32,000 nt of DNA from Nitrosomonas europaea (GTDB lineage: Bacteria; Pseudomonadota; Gammaproteobacteria; Burkholderiales; Nitrosomonadaceae): contig NZ_FUWK01000026.1 in the NCBI RefSeq assembly GCF_900167395.1, forward strand, positions 10,204-42,203, in the 5' to 3' direction. Position 1 is the stretch's first letter; each line of letters opens with the position of its first letter. The notes under the pieces were generated by a model. That model saw nothing but the letters and a program-made list of their open reading frames with translations, was not told where the DNA came from and searched no databases. This document shows, piece by piece, positions 1 to 9,172 of this stretch. The translations under genes were made by a program, and so were the position numbers.

Positions 1-86
1 GGGAAGCACAAATGCTGAATGTCGCCCACCGCTACCAGCAGGTAACAAACTGGCACGAACTCACTCCGCCGGAAACCAGTAACTGA
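1..86 (+). CDS. gatA: Glu-tRNA(Gln)/Asp-tRNA(Asn) amidotransferase subunit A, 3' end (partial, enters from left edge)
   Basis: An open frame from the window edge ends at TGA 84-86. The tail EAQMLNVAHRYQQVTNWHELTPPETSN resembles GatA C-termini. It lies 55 nt upstream of gatB, matching the usual gatA-gatB order. Confidence 0.75.
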   Translation, partial: EAQMLNVAHRYQQVTNWHELTPPETSN

Positions 87-141
87 GATACGTCCCTGTT
101 TTCTAACAGCAAACGATTAAAAGCAAAAGGATTAGCTGATC

Positions 142-1578
142 ATGCAATGGGAAACTGTCATCGGCCTTGAGATACACGCACAGTTATCAACCCGATCCAA
201 AATTTTTTCCGGTGCATCGGTAGCATACGGCGCCGAGCCGAATTCACAAGCCTGTGCCGTGGATATCGCCCTTCCCGGAGTATTGCCGGTATTAAACCGG
301 CAAGCAATCGAATATGCCATCCGGTTTGGCCTGGCAATCGATGCAACTATCAACTCACCCTCTGTTTTCGCACGGAAAAACTACTTTTATCCCGATTTAC
401 CCAAAGGCTACCAGATCAGTCAGCTGGAACACCCGATCGTTGAAGGCGGACATGTCGCCATTCAGACAGGAGATCAGGAAAAAACCATACGCCTGACTCG
501 CGCCCATCTGGAAGAAGATGCCGGAAAATCGACGCACGAAGAATTTCACGGGATGACAGGGATCGACCTGAACCGTGCCGGAACAGGGCTGCTGGAAATC
601 GTCTCGGAACCGGATATGCGCAGTAGTGCCGAAGCCGTAGCATACGCAAAAGTGCTGCACTCACTGGTACGCTGGATCGGTATATGCGACGGCAATATGC
701 AGGAAGGATCATTCCGCTGTGATGCCAATGTTTCAGTACGGCCTGCGGGCTCGGAAGCACTCGGAACGCGCTGTGAAATAAAAAACCTCAATTCATTCCG
801 TTTTCTCGAACGAGCCATCGATTACGAAGTGGCAAGACAAATCGACATTCTGGAAAGCGGTGGCAGCATCACCCAGGAAACCCGCCTGTATGACGCGGAT
901 CGGGATGAAACCCGCACCATGCGCAGTAAAGAAGATGCGCATGATTACCGCTATTTCCCGGATCCAGATTTACTGCCAGTAATCATTCCCCAGGAATGGA
1001 TAGATCAGATCAGGGAAAAACTGCCGGAGTTGCCGAAGGACAAGCGTAATCGTTACATTCAGGATTTCGGCCTGCAGACCTATGATGCAAATATACTGAC
1101 TGCAGCACGTGAGCTCGCAGATTATTTTGAGCAAATGGTCAGCGTTCTTCCCGGGCAAAGCAAACTCTGCGCTAACTGGATCATGGGTGAAGTCAGCGCG
1201 AGGTTGAATAAGGAAGGACTCGAAATCGCCCGGAGCCCGATCAGCCCCGAACAACTGGCCGGATTGCTGCTACGCATTACTGACGGCACCATATCAGGAA
1301 AAATAGCCAAGGATGTGTTCGACAGCATGTGGCAAAGTAACGGTGACAGCGCAGACACAATCATCGATGCAAAAAACCTCAGACAGATCTCAGATGATAG
1401 TGAAATTGAGAAATGGGTTGATGATGTACTTGCCGCGAACCCACAACAGGTGGCCGATTACCGTGCCGGGAAAGAAAAAGCATTCAATTCCCTGGTTGGG
1501 CAGGTAATGAAAACTTCAAAAGGGAAGGCCAATCCCGCTCAGGTCAACTCAGTGCTCAAAAAACGCCTGACGGAATAA
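142..1578 (+). CDS. gatB: Asp-tRNA(Asn)/Glu-tRNA(Gln) amidotransferase subunit B
   Basis: 478-aa ORF. The N-terminus [13 protein letters not shown]...KIFSG, the motifs [18 protein letters not shown] and [11 protein letters not shown], and the C-terminal GatB/YqeY tail are all characteristic of GatB. Confidence 0.97.
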
Positions 1579-1764
1579 GGCTTAGACAAACCTGGAAAAA
1601 CATACGATTCAATTATAAAGAAACTCTGGAAAAGACTTTGGCTTGTACTTTTTAGCCCCTGCAATCCATTGCCAATCCAGACTTGACGATTCAGGCCTGA
1701 TGGCACTACAGAAGAACCCTGTAAACCGAGCCTGAATCCTCAGCAAGAAGTGTATTACCTGTAT

Positions 1765-1953
1765 TTATTTGGGTAAAGCATTGCACTTATCAATAAATGC
1801 CTGCCGTTCGGCTTCATTATTCTTGTAAAAATCCAATGCTCTTTCCATTCCTCTTCCTGCACAATTCTCTGCGCTTACTTCCGGAGGTCCGCTGCAACCG
1901 ATCAAAGCGGTACTAAGACCCAGAATACAAACGATGTAGTATTTAAAGTTCAT
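1765..1953 (-). CDS. small lipoprotein (62 aa), possibly TrbK/EexN-like entry-exclusion family
   Basis: Hydrophobic signal peptide with lipobox LIGC. The mature part carries ENC...RQAF.DKC, which recalls TrbK-type entry-exclusion lipoproteins (recognised from memory, not verified). No conjugation genes lie nearby. Confidence 0.55.
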   Translation of the reverse strand: MNFKYYIVCILGLSTALIGCSGPPEVSAENCAGRGMERALDFYKNNEAERQAFIDKCNALPK

Positions 1954-2163
1954 TAAAATTTCCTCTATAAAAATTCGCTAAAGCCAGACTGGTTTGTCTA
2001 CCTTTTGCGATCCTGAATCAGGTACTGAAATCCCAGCCACCTGAAACTGCCAGGCATTCACGGCCAACGGCCACTGGTAAAGCTATTCTACCTGACTTCC
2101 TGTAACTTGAGATTGTTTCAGATCTGCTCACGCTGAATGGAGTAAACGCAACAGCCATCGTAC

Positions 2164-2187
2164 AAACGGGGCCCGGAAGCCCCGTTT
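2164..2187 (-). terminator. GC-rich hairpin downstream of the Hsp20 gene
   Basis: AAACGGGGC / GCCCCGTTT arms with a 6-nt loop, 11 nt past the Hsp20 stop. On the minus strand it is followed by TTTGT, so the U-tract is weak. Confidence 0.45.
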
Positions 2188-2197
2188 GTCATCCATT

Positions 2198-2632
2198 TTA
2201 TTGTGCGGTGACACTGACTTTTTTGGGTTGAACTGCTTCCCGCTTGGGGATGGTGACAACCAGCACCCCATCTTTGGTAACAGCCGAGATCGCACCCAGG
2301 TCGGCAGTATCCGGCAGACTGAAGCGGCGGTAAAAAGAACCATGGGTTCGCTCAACCCGTTTATACCCTTCTTTCTCGGTTCTCGCTTCGGTCTGCTTTT
2401 CACCCTTGATCGTGAGCACTCCGTTTTCTGTCGTCACATCGATTGCTTCAGGTTTCACTCCGGGTAAGTCAGCATGCACAATAAACTTATCGCTTTCCTC
2501 CTTGATATCGACTGCCGGTGCCCATTCAGCAATTGCTGAAGCTCCCTCGGTCGCCATATCATCCCGAGCCCGCTCCAGTTCCCGTTGTAATTGTGTCAGT
2601 AATCCCCATGGTTCATATCGCGTAATTGCCAT
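2198..2632 (-). CDS. Hsp20/alpha-crystallin family small heat-shock protein (IbpA-like)
   Basis: Alpha-crystallin domain signatures: FIVHADLPGVKPEAIDV, GVLTIKGEK, FYRRFSLP, GVLVVTIPK. I place the start at ATG 2632 (MAITRYEPW...), which is preceded by GGAGG. The longest ORF extends to 2659. Confidence 0.93.
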   Translation of the reverse strand: MAITRYEPWGLLTQLQRELERARDDMATEGASAIAEWAPAVDIKEESDKFIVHADLPGVKPEAIDVTTENGVLTIKGEKQTEARTEKEGYKRVERTHGSFYRRFSLPDTADLGAISAVTKDGVLVVTIPKREAVQPKKVSVTAQ

Positions 2633-2783
2633 AATAGCCTCCACATAAATCACAAACATTTACAAAATAGGCTGTCACCCAACACAGTGTGACTCACCCG
2701 ACCAAAACACTCTGTCTGAATATTTTCAATCATTAAAAAATACCCGCTTCGATGATTGTTCACATTCTATGAATGCTGGCAGT

Positions 2784-2812
2784 AATATAAGCATGTCTTC
2801 GGTATTTTCAAG
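2784..2812 (-). promoter_or_regulatory. candidate promoter for the Hsp20 gene (CTTGAAA -35; TATATT -10)
   Basis: The minus strand reads CTTGAAA-N15/16-(C)TTATATT. The -35 matches the sigma-32 CTTGAAA core and is also acceptable for sigma-70. It would give a leader of about 145 nt. Confidence 0.4.
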
Positions 2813-2865
2813 TCGGACACCCGGTAAAAGATGAACAGTGCCGACCTCTCGGCCGATCCACCCCT

Positions 2866-5751
2866 TCAGACCCGGATCGAATCCGGTCTTCCCATAAACT
2901 GCATCAGCTGGGTGGTCGATAGCGGGCGGCTGAAATAATAGCCCTGTTGCAGATAGCAGTGATGTTTGCGCAAAAATTCCATGTGTTTCTCGGTTTCCAC
3001 ACCTTCTGCAATCACTCCCAGCCCGAGATTATCACCCAGCGCGATGATCGCCCGGGCAATTGCAAAATCAAACTTCTCATCACCGGGGTGGTCCTGTTCG
3101 ATGCCTTGGATGAAGGACTTATCGATTTTCAGAATATCCAGCGGCAACTCACGCAGCAGGCTCAGTGAAGAATAACCCGTACCAAAATCATCCAGAGCAA
3201 TGGCAACTCCCAATGCCTTCAAGCGCACCAGTGCTTCTGCTGCACGCGGTAAATCGCTGATAACGGCGCTCTCGGTAATTTCCAGCATCAGCCGCCCGGC
3301 CGGCAAACCGGTACGTTCCAGCACACCAGCCACCTTCTGCAGAAAATCCGGATGCAGCAACTGCCGTGAAGCCACATTGACGGAAATATCGACTGCCTGC
3401 CCTACCTTTGCCAGATCAGCAGCGATCCTGCAGGAAATCCACAACACCAGATCTCCCAGTTGTCCGATCAATCCGACTCGTTCGGCAAGCGGAATGAAAT
3501 CACCCGGAGACAACAATCCACGTGTGGGATGGGCCCAGCGTACCAATACTTCATTGTGGACAACTCGCTTTTGCTGAACATCGACAATGGGCTGGAACAG
3601 AACATGCAGAGCCTTATCCTGATTCTCGATCGCCAGCCGGAAATCCCTTTCGAATTCGAGCTGCTCACGCGTCCAGGCATTCATCTGCCCCGAAGCATAA
3701 AACTGGAAACCATTTCCTCCCTGCCGTTTGACACGCCGCATGGCAGAAACCGCTTCATCCAGAAAAATTTCACTCTTTTCATCCACCTGGTCAGGCTGGG
3801 AAGATATCCTGATACCAATGCTCGCCGAGATGAAAACCTCCTGTCCGTTGATCTCAAATCTACGATTGATGGTTTCCTGGACTTTCCTGGCAAACTGCAG
3901 TTCCTGGCCTTCCCGCACTGGCCTGTCCACCACCAGCATAAACTCATCCCCGCTCCAGCGGGCAATCAAATCTTCACTGCAAACCAGTTTAAGCAACCGG
4001 TCGGCGATCATTTTCAACAAAGCATCTCCGGAGTGATAACCGAAAGCATCGTTGATCTTACTGAAATTATCGACTGACACCAGACAGACAATCAGTGCCG
4101 CGCCATGCTGCCGAGCAGAAACAGCCAGTTCACCAAAACGGGAAAGCAGAAAATTCCGGCTGGGCAGCATCGTCAGTACATCGTAATTGGCCTGGCGGGC
4201 AATTTGCTGCTTCATCTCCAGCGTATCGGAAATATCCGAAATCGTTACCACGGCACCCGCCGGAATACGCCACCTGTCATACAGCGCCCGATGTGTCACG
4301 CGAATGGTACGCCTGTCCCCGGAAGGCAGCGTGAGGACACAATGCTGTATCCGGGAATCCGGACGTGTATCAGCAGATCCAGAGCCATTCACATCTCTAT
4401 CCTGTTTATCAGGAATCAGACACACCCCGATCAGCTGCTCCAGCGGCTTCCCGATCAGCTGTTCCGATCTCGCACCCAGAATTCGTTCACTCTCCTGATT
4501 GAGATAGAGAATGTTGCCCTTTGCATCGACTGTAATCACGCCCTCCTGCACTGAATCGAACACAGCCTGCAGACAGGATCCGGTGATGAATTGCGATTGT
4601 ATGAACTCATTGATACGTTGCCAACTCTGTAACGGATACACAGCCAGTGTCCCGATCAGGGCTACCCCCGGCGGCAGCCAGATATGAAATACACCGAGCA
4701 GCATCGTCACCAGTCCAATACCTGCTGCGAGTGACACCAGAAGCACGAGACTCCTGAATCGCCCCGGTACGATATTGACGACGAGCAATACCGCCAGCAC
4801 CCATAATACCGTCACCGCGATAGCAACCATTTCGGGAACAGGATAAATCGAACGCCCGTTACGCAGCATGTCAACCACACTGGCGTGCCACTCGACACCG
4901 CTCATATAGTTATGCCGGGTAAGTGAAACGGGTGTCAGAAAACCCTGCTGCAAACCAGTGGCCGTCATACCAACGATGATGATTTTTCCCCGCAAGTCAT
5001 CCAGCAGATCATCATCATTGAGTAATCTGGCATAAGAAATCCGGGGATAAGTACCCGGCGGCCCGGCGAAAGGCACCATGATTTCACGCGAACGCACCCA
5101 GCTATTCCCGGTATTCACGATTGTTTTATCTGCCTCGGGCATCCGGCTCAGCAGACGCATACGATTCGGCAGACTGCCTTTATCCGCCAGCGCCAGACCC
5201 AGCGCCGGAAATGCAGGAATATCGATACCGGCGTACAGAAAAGTCCTGCGTGCCACGCCGTCCCGATCCAGCTCGACATCCACGTGACCAAGCGTGGCAC
5301 GACGTTGTAACGATGCAAGCGGCTGGATGAGAGAGAATCTGTCACCGGAAGCATTCTGCGCCGGTGCAACCGGCAACACGACATTACCATGCGTAAAAAT
5401 TGCCGTCTTGAGACGCTTATCGGCTTCCGGATGATCAACATCGGGTTCAGACAACAACAAATCAAGTGCTACCACATTCGAGCCAATCTGACTCAGGCGA
5501 TCGATCAACCCGGCATGCAGCTCGCGCGACCAGGGCCATTTACCAATGGTTCGCAGGCTTTCTTCGTCGATTGCCACAATGACGATATCGCTATCCGGCT
5601 GAAAAGACTGACGACTGATGATTTCATCATAAACCAGCCAATCGAGACGCTGCAGCCAGCCCGACACCGACAGCAGCCCGACGACTACCAGCAACATTGC
5701 GGCACGAAGTTTAGAGGTACCGGTAATACTGCGTATACCCCACCCCGCCAT
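2866..5751 (-). CDS. CHASE2-TM-PAS-GGDEF(SGDEF variant)-EAL c-di-GMP signalling protein
   Basis: 961-aa ORF. It has an N-terminal TM segment plus a periplasmic CHASE2-like region, then a TM cluster and a PAS domain (VITVDAKGNILYLNQESERILG). The GGDEF domain carries RWSGDEF (codons at 3940-3954). The EAL domain carries EVLVR, DDFGTGYSSL, KIDKSF and EGVE. The start ATG overlaps the upstream stop (TAATG). Confidence 0.93.
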   Translation of the reverse strand: MAGWGIRSITGTSKLRAAMLLVVVGLLSVSGWLQRLDWLVYDEIISRQSFQPDSDIVIVAIDEESLRTIGKWPWSRELHAGLIDRLSQIGSNVVALDLLLSEPDVDHPEADKRLKTAIFTHGNVVLPVAPAQNASGDRFSLIQPLASLQRRATLGHVDVELDRDGVARRTFLYAGIDIPAFPALGLALADKGSLPNRMRLLSRMPEADKTIVNTGNSWVRSREIMVPFAGPPGTYPRISYARLLNDDDLLDDLRGKIIIVGMTATGLQQGFLTPVSLTRHNYMSGVEWHASVVDMLRNGRSIYPVPEMVAIAVTVLWVLAVLLVVNIVPGRFRSLVLLVSLAAGIGLVTMLLGVFHIWLPPGVALIGTLAVYPLQSWQRINEFIQSQFITGSCLQAVFDSVQEGVITVDAKGNILYLNQESERILGARSEQLIGKPLEQLIGVCLIPDKQDRDVNGSGSADTRPDSRIQHCVLTLPSGDRRTIRVTHRALYDRWRIPAGAVVTISDISDTLEMKQQIARQANYDVLTMLPSRNFLLSRFGELAVSARQHGAALIVCLVSVDNFSKINDAFGYHSGDALLKMIADRLLKLVCSEDLIARWSGDEFMLVVDRPVREGQELQFARKVQETINRRFEINGQEVFISASIGIRISSQPDQVDEKSEIFLDEAVSAMRRVKRQGGNGFQFYASGQMNAWTREQLEFERDFRLAIENQDKALHVLFQPIVDVQQKRVVHNEVLVRWAHPTRGLLSPGDFIPLAERVGLIGQLGDLVLWISCRIAADLAKVGQAVDISVNVASRQLLHPDFLQKVAGVLERTGLPAGRLMLEITESAVISDLPRAAEALVRLKALGVAIALDDFGTGYSSLSLLRELPLDILKIDKSFIQGIEQDHPGDEKFDFAIARAIIALGDNLGLGVIAEGVETEKHMEFLRKHHCYLQQGYYFSRPLSTTQLMQFMGRPDSIRV

Positions 5752-7373
5752 TACATAAACCCTAGAAACGGCAGAAAGAAAGGAAAACGATACGGAATCT
5801 CGAATGACTGGACTGGCCCGAATACCCCTTCTTCACCATCGGCTCTGATCGGTTTGATACGCAGGTAATAACGGCCACCACCAGAATTGGGGATGACGAC
5901 TCTCGGTTCACTGACCAGGACATCACTGATGATGTTATCGAATCCGGAATCACGCGCCATCTGGAACTGGAACTGTTCACCCGTCTCTCCTGCAGGCCAG
6001 GCAAATCTGATTTCTTCACGCTCGATCTCGACCGAATCCAGTTCCGGACCCGGTACCGGCACTTTGAAAGATACCGAATCACTGTAAGGCCCCACCCCAA
6101 TGATCTCGGATTCAGCAGCTATCCGCCACCAGTATTCGCCCGGTGTCAATGGTTCCGACAACATGAAATATCCTTCTGGAGAATCAGATTCATATTTTCT
6201 TGATTCTCTGAAATCAGCTGTACGATCTACTTCGATCAGATAACGTTTGATATCCGGCCGGGTAGCCCACTCAAAAACCGGTCGATTATCCCCGACTCTT
6301 GCACCCGATTGAGGTGCCATGATGAATGGCGGTTCCGGACGAGCATGTACCCTGATTTTCTTGACACCATCCTTGCCTTCCAGTCCCGACACATCCTGCC
6401 CGCGTACCCGCAGCCAGTAATCGCCATCGGCCAGTTCACGACCGCGCAGTGGCAGATTCATCGCGACCAGATCAGTCGAAATCTGCCTGAACTCAGGATC
6501 CAGGGCAATCTGCACCCGATACGAACGTGCACCTGCCAGAGGTTTCAGAGAAATGATCAGAGGTACCCTCTCGTACAAATCCGGTGTCGCGGAAAAATCC
6601 GGTCCGGGCAATAATTCAACCGGGCTGACGGGTGACTGGTCCGGCCGCGTAACCGTGCCATACCCCTCTCGTACCTGCACATTCCGTCCCTGTGCACTCA
6701 CCTCCAGCAGCCCCTCCAGAACTTCGCTGCGGGTAGTGCCATCCTGTTTATCCGCCCCTACACGAAAACGGGTACCCCGCACTGAACTCACGGCAGCAGG
6801 CGTCCGTATCCTGAATCGGGTGGCAGGCTCCGATCCATGCGGAGCGATATTTACCGTGCGGCCGGACTCCAGCTCGACTTCTGTCATCACCACCCCATCC
6901 TGCCCCAGTACCTCGGCCTGTTTCAGGCGGATTTTACTTTCACTTTCCACTCGCAGCCGGGATCGATCCCTGAATTCGAGTGTAACCTGGGAATCCGGCC
7001 CGGTACTGATTTCATCCCCGATTGCCACACGCAATTTTTCCGTAACCGGTAAAATCTCAGCACTGGCAGCACGTCTAAGGGTTGCCGTCCCGTAACAATC
7101 AACGATCTCAGCATCCCCCGGCCGGCGGGTCGCCCATTCGACCGGAATCCGGATTACCTTGCCTGGCGGAATATGATGCGGATCATGGATGCGGTTGAGC
7201 TGCTGCAGACGCGGCACATATTTCATGCTGACCAGATGACGTTCTGCCACGTTCCAGAGATTATCCCCTGAACGAATCGTGTATAGCCAATCCTCGGCTC
7301 TGACACCATCGGAACCTATCAGCAGGAAAAGCGCATACACCGGCAGCAACCAGTAAATCGTCTTATCACACAC
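5751..7373 (-). CDS. LysM + FecR domain periplasmic protein (partner of the CHASE2 protein)
   Basis: LysM motif: YTIRSGDNLWNVAE...IPPGKVIRIP. A FecR-like region follows (GDEISTGPDSQVTLEFRDRSRLRV). The longest ORF runs to ATG 7577, but its first 68 codons are AT-rich and non-protein-like. GTG 7373 would give a clean signal peptide (CDKTIYWLLPVYALFLLIGSDGVRA/ED). The start is therefore uncertain. Confidence 0.75.
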   Translation of the reverse strand: MCDKTIYWLLPVYALFLLIGSDGVRAEDWLYTIRSGDNLWNVAERHLVSMKYVPRLQQLNRIHDPHHIPPGKVIRIPVEWATRRPGDAEIVDCYGTATLRRAASAEILPVTEKLRVAIGDEISTGPDSQVTLEFRDRSRLRVESESKIRLKQAEVLGQDGVVMTEVELESGRTVNIAPHGSEPATRFRIRTPAAVSSVRGTRFRVGADKQDGTTRSEVLEGLLEVSAQGRNVQVREGYGTVTRPDQSPVSPVELLPGPDFSATPDLYERVPLIISLKPLAGARSYRVQIALDPEFRQISTDLVAMNLPLRGRELADGDYWLRVRGQDVSGLEGKDGVKKIRVHARPEPPFIMAPQSGARVGDNRPVFEWATRPDIKRYLIEVDRTADFRESRKYESDSPEGYFMLSEPLTPGEYWWRIAAESEIIGVGPYSDSVSFKVPVPGPELDSVEIEREEIRFAWPAGETGEQFQFQMARDSGFDNIISDVLVSEPRVVIPNSGGGRYYLRIKPIRADGEEGVFGPVQSFEIPYRFPFFLPFLGFM

Positions 7374-7655
7374 TTGGTAACTCGAACGGATTGATAGACC
7401 ATCATATTGAAAAAACAGACAAATACCATAATACCTGATACTGGAAAAGAAAATCTGATTATTCAAAATGAATATATGTTTCCACTGGATTGGAAAAAAT
7501 AAGCCCTTAATAAGCCCTTGCAGGGCCTGCAACAGTAATTTCGCAACGACAGAAAAATTGAGTGAAATCATACGCAACCAGATAAGGCCGGGTTATGATT
7601 GACACGGACTGTCCGTCGAGTCCGATATCGAAACCAGTTACATCAAGGTGATACC

Positions 7656-8684
7656 ATGATTTCAAATCCGGTCAATTCTGCAGTTATTGTGTCTGCCACC
7701 CCAACTGATGCAATTTCACAAACTCGGCCGGTCAGTGCAGTTACCCCGGTACCGGATGCCACACAATCGGATACACCTGCCTTTATTCTGGGCCAGAAAT
7801 ATAGGGCACAGATCGGTGAACGGCTGACGAACGGCCATTCCCTCGTCAATGTCGCCGGCAGATGGCTGCAAATGCGCATGCCCGCTTCGGCAAACCCTGG
7901 AAATATTCTGGAATTAACGTTGATCGAGCAGTCTCCCCGGCTGAAATTCTTGCTGCACAGCGGTACTCAAGGTGGCAATAACCCGACAACACTCAGTCCG
8001 GCCGGCAGACTCATCGCACAGTTGCTGAGCCAGCCTGCCCCACCTGCCATGAAAACTGCGAACGAAGCAGCCCCGCTGTTGCCGATACCACCCGCTACCG
8101 GTAGAGAAAGAATTCAGTTGCCCGCTCAACTGCAGCAAGCACTGTCAGCCAGCGGGTTATTCTACGAAGCTCATCTGGTGCAATGGCTCAGCGGCAACCG
8201 TTCGCTGCAACAACTCCGGCAGGAACCGCAAGGCAAACTGCCCGCACCGGCAACCGTATCCACAACGATTACTGATTCAGCCACGGCTTCACCAGTCGCA
8301 TCCCAGGCAGTGTCACTGATACAACAGCAACTGCATACCCTGGAAACCGGAACCATCCAGTGGCGGGGAGAAATCTGGCCAGGACAGACCATGGAATGGG
8401 ATATCACCGAATATCCGGATGATCAGGGGAAAGAACAGGCCGACAATGAAAAAACCGGGAAATCAGGTCGCTGGCAGACCCGGATTCACCTGCAACTGCC
8501 AAATCTGGGAAAAATCACTGCCACTATCATGATCGAACCACAGGGTATGCGAATCCGGCTGGATGCCGATTCCGATGAAATTACACGACAGCTCAGGAAA
8601 GAACAGATTACGCTGGCAAGCGCCATGCAAACGACCGGGCTGACGATTCGTGCGATGGACATTCAGCAACATGAAGCGACCTGA
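7656..8684 (+). CDS. FliK-like flagellar hook-length control domain protein (paralogue)
   Basis: The C-terminal region (GKITATIMIEPQGMRIRLDADSDEITRQLRKEQITLASAMQTTGLTI) resembles the Flg_hook/FliK C-terminal domain, and LFYEAHLVQW is typical of this paralogue. I place the start at ATG 7656 after AAGGTGA. The longest ORF starts at 7599. Confidence 0.65.
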   Translation: MISNPVNSAVIVSATPTDAISQTRPVSAVTPVPDATQSDTPAFILGQKYRAQIGERLTNGHSLVNVAGRWLQMRMPASANPGNILELTLIEQSPRLKFLLHSGTQGGNNPTTLSPAGRLIAQLLSQPAPPAMKTANEAAPLLPIPPATGRERIQLPAQLQQALSASGLFYEAHLVQWLSGNRSLQQLRQEPQGKLPAPATVSTTITDSATASPVASQAVSLIQQQLHTLETGTIQWRGEIWPGQTMEWDITEYPDDQGKEQADNEKTGKSGRWQTRIHLQLPNLGKITATIMIEPQGMRIRLDADSDEITRQLRKEQITLASAMQTTGLTIRAMDIQQHEAT

Positions 8685-9030
8685 GCCAACCGGGCAAGAG
8701 AATCAGGGCGAACCGACTGATTCACCCGCCCCACCAGAACATACTCCGATTCCCGGAGCAGTAGCACTCGCCTATCACAGCGGCATGACTGCTCCCCAGG
8801 TGGTTGCCAAGGGCCGGGGACTGATTGCTGAAGAAATCATTCGCCGCGCTCAGGAAGCCGGCGTGTATGTGCATGAATCGGCAGAACTGGTGGCACTGCT
8901 GATGCAGGTCGATCTGGATGATCACATTCCACCGGAACTGTATATCGCCGTAGCAGAGTTGCTGGCCTGGCTCTATCGGCTGGAAAACGATCTGGCGATG
9001 CCCGCCGACTCACCCGATCCTTCTCAGTGA
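8671..9030 (+). CDS. FlhB C-terminal-domain-only protein (FhlB/YlqH-like, EscU/YscU family)
   Basis: AVALAYHSGMTAPQVVAKGRGLIAEEIIRRAQEAGVYVHESAELVALL...IPPELYIAVAELLAWL matches the post-cleavage FlhB cytoplasmic subdomain. There is no TM region and no NPTH motif. It overlaps the stop of the upstream FliK-like gene. An alternative start is 8650. Confidence 0.8.
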   Translation: MKRPEPTGQENQGEPTDSPAPPEHTPIPGAVALAYHSGMTAPQVVAKGRGLIAEEIIRRAQEAGVYVHESAELVALLMQVDLDDHIPPELYIAVAELLAWLYRLENDLAMPADSPDPSQ

Positions 9031-9092
9031 CAGTGTTACCGGATCACACACTGCCATGCAGCTCGCGGCTAATAGTGCATGTATGGCTTGTA

Positions 9093-9124
9093 ATTCCATT
9101 CCCAAATCAAAAATGACACGAAGG
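9093..9124. repeat. 32-nt exact copy of the left arm of the intergenic element at 15950-16051
   Basis: ATTCCATTCCCAAATCAAAAATGACACGAAGG is identical to 15950-15981. It lies in the convergent gap between the FlhB-like gene and ycgR. Confidence 0.9.
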
Positions 9125-9172
9125 GCAGGAGTAATGATGACATCAGATTTTTTAATGTGATCTGTAACGATG

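Noticed and set aside
3200-5868. Many 60-205-aa ORFs antisense to or out of frame with the CHASE2-GGDEF-EAL gene (for example 3460-4077 plus, 4105-4554 plus, 5389-5868 plus).
   Set aside because: They are fully contained in a 961-aa gene with clear domain signatures on the other strand. The translations have no recognisable motifs.
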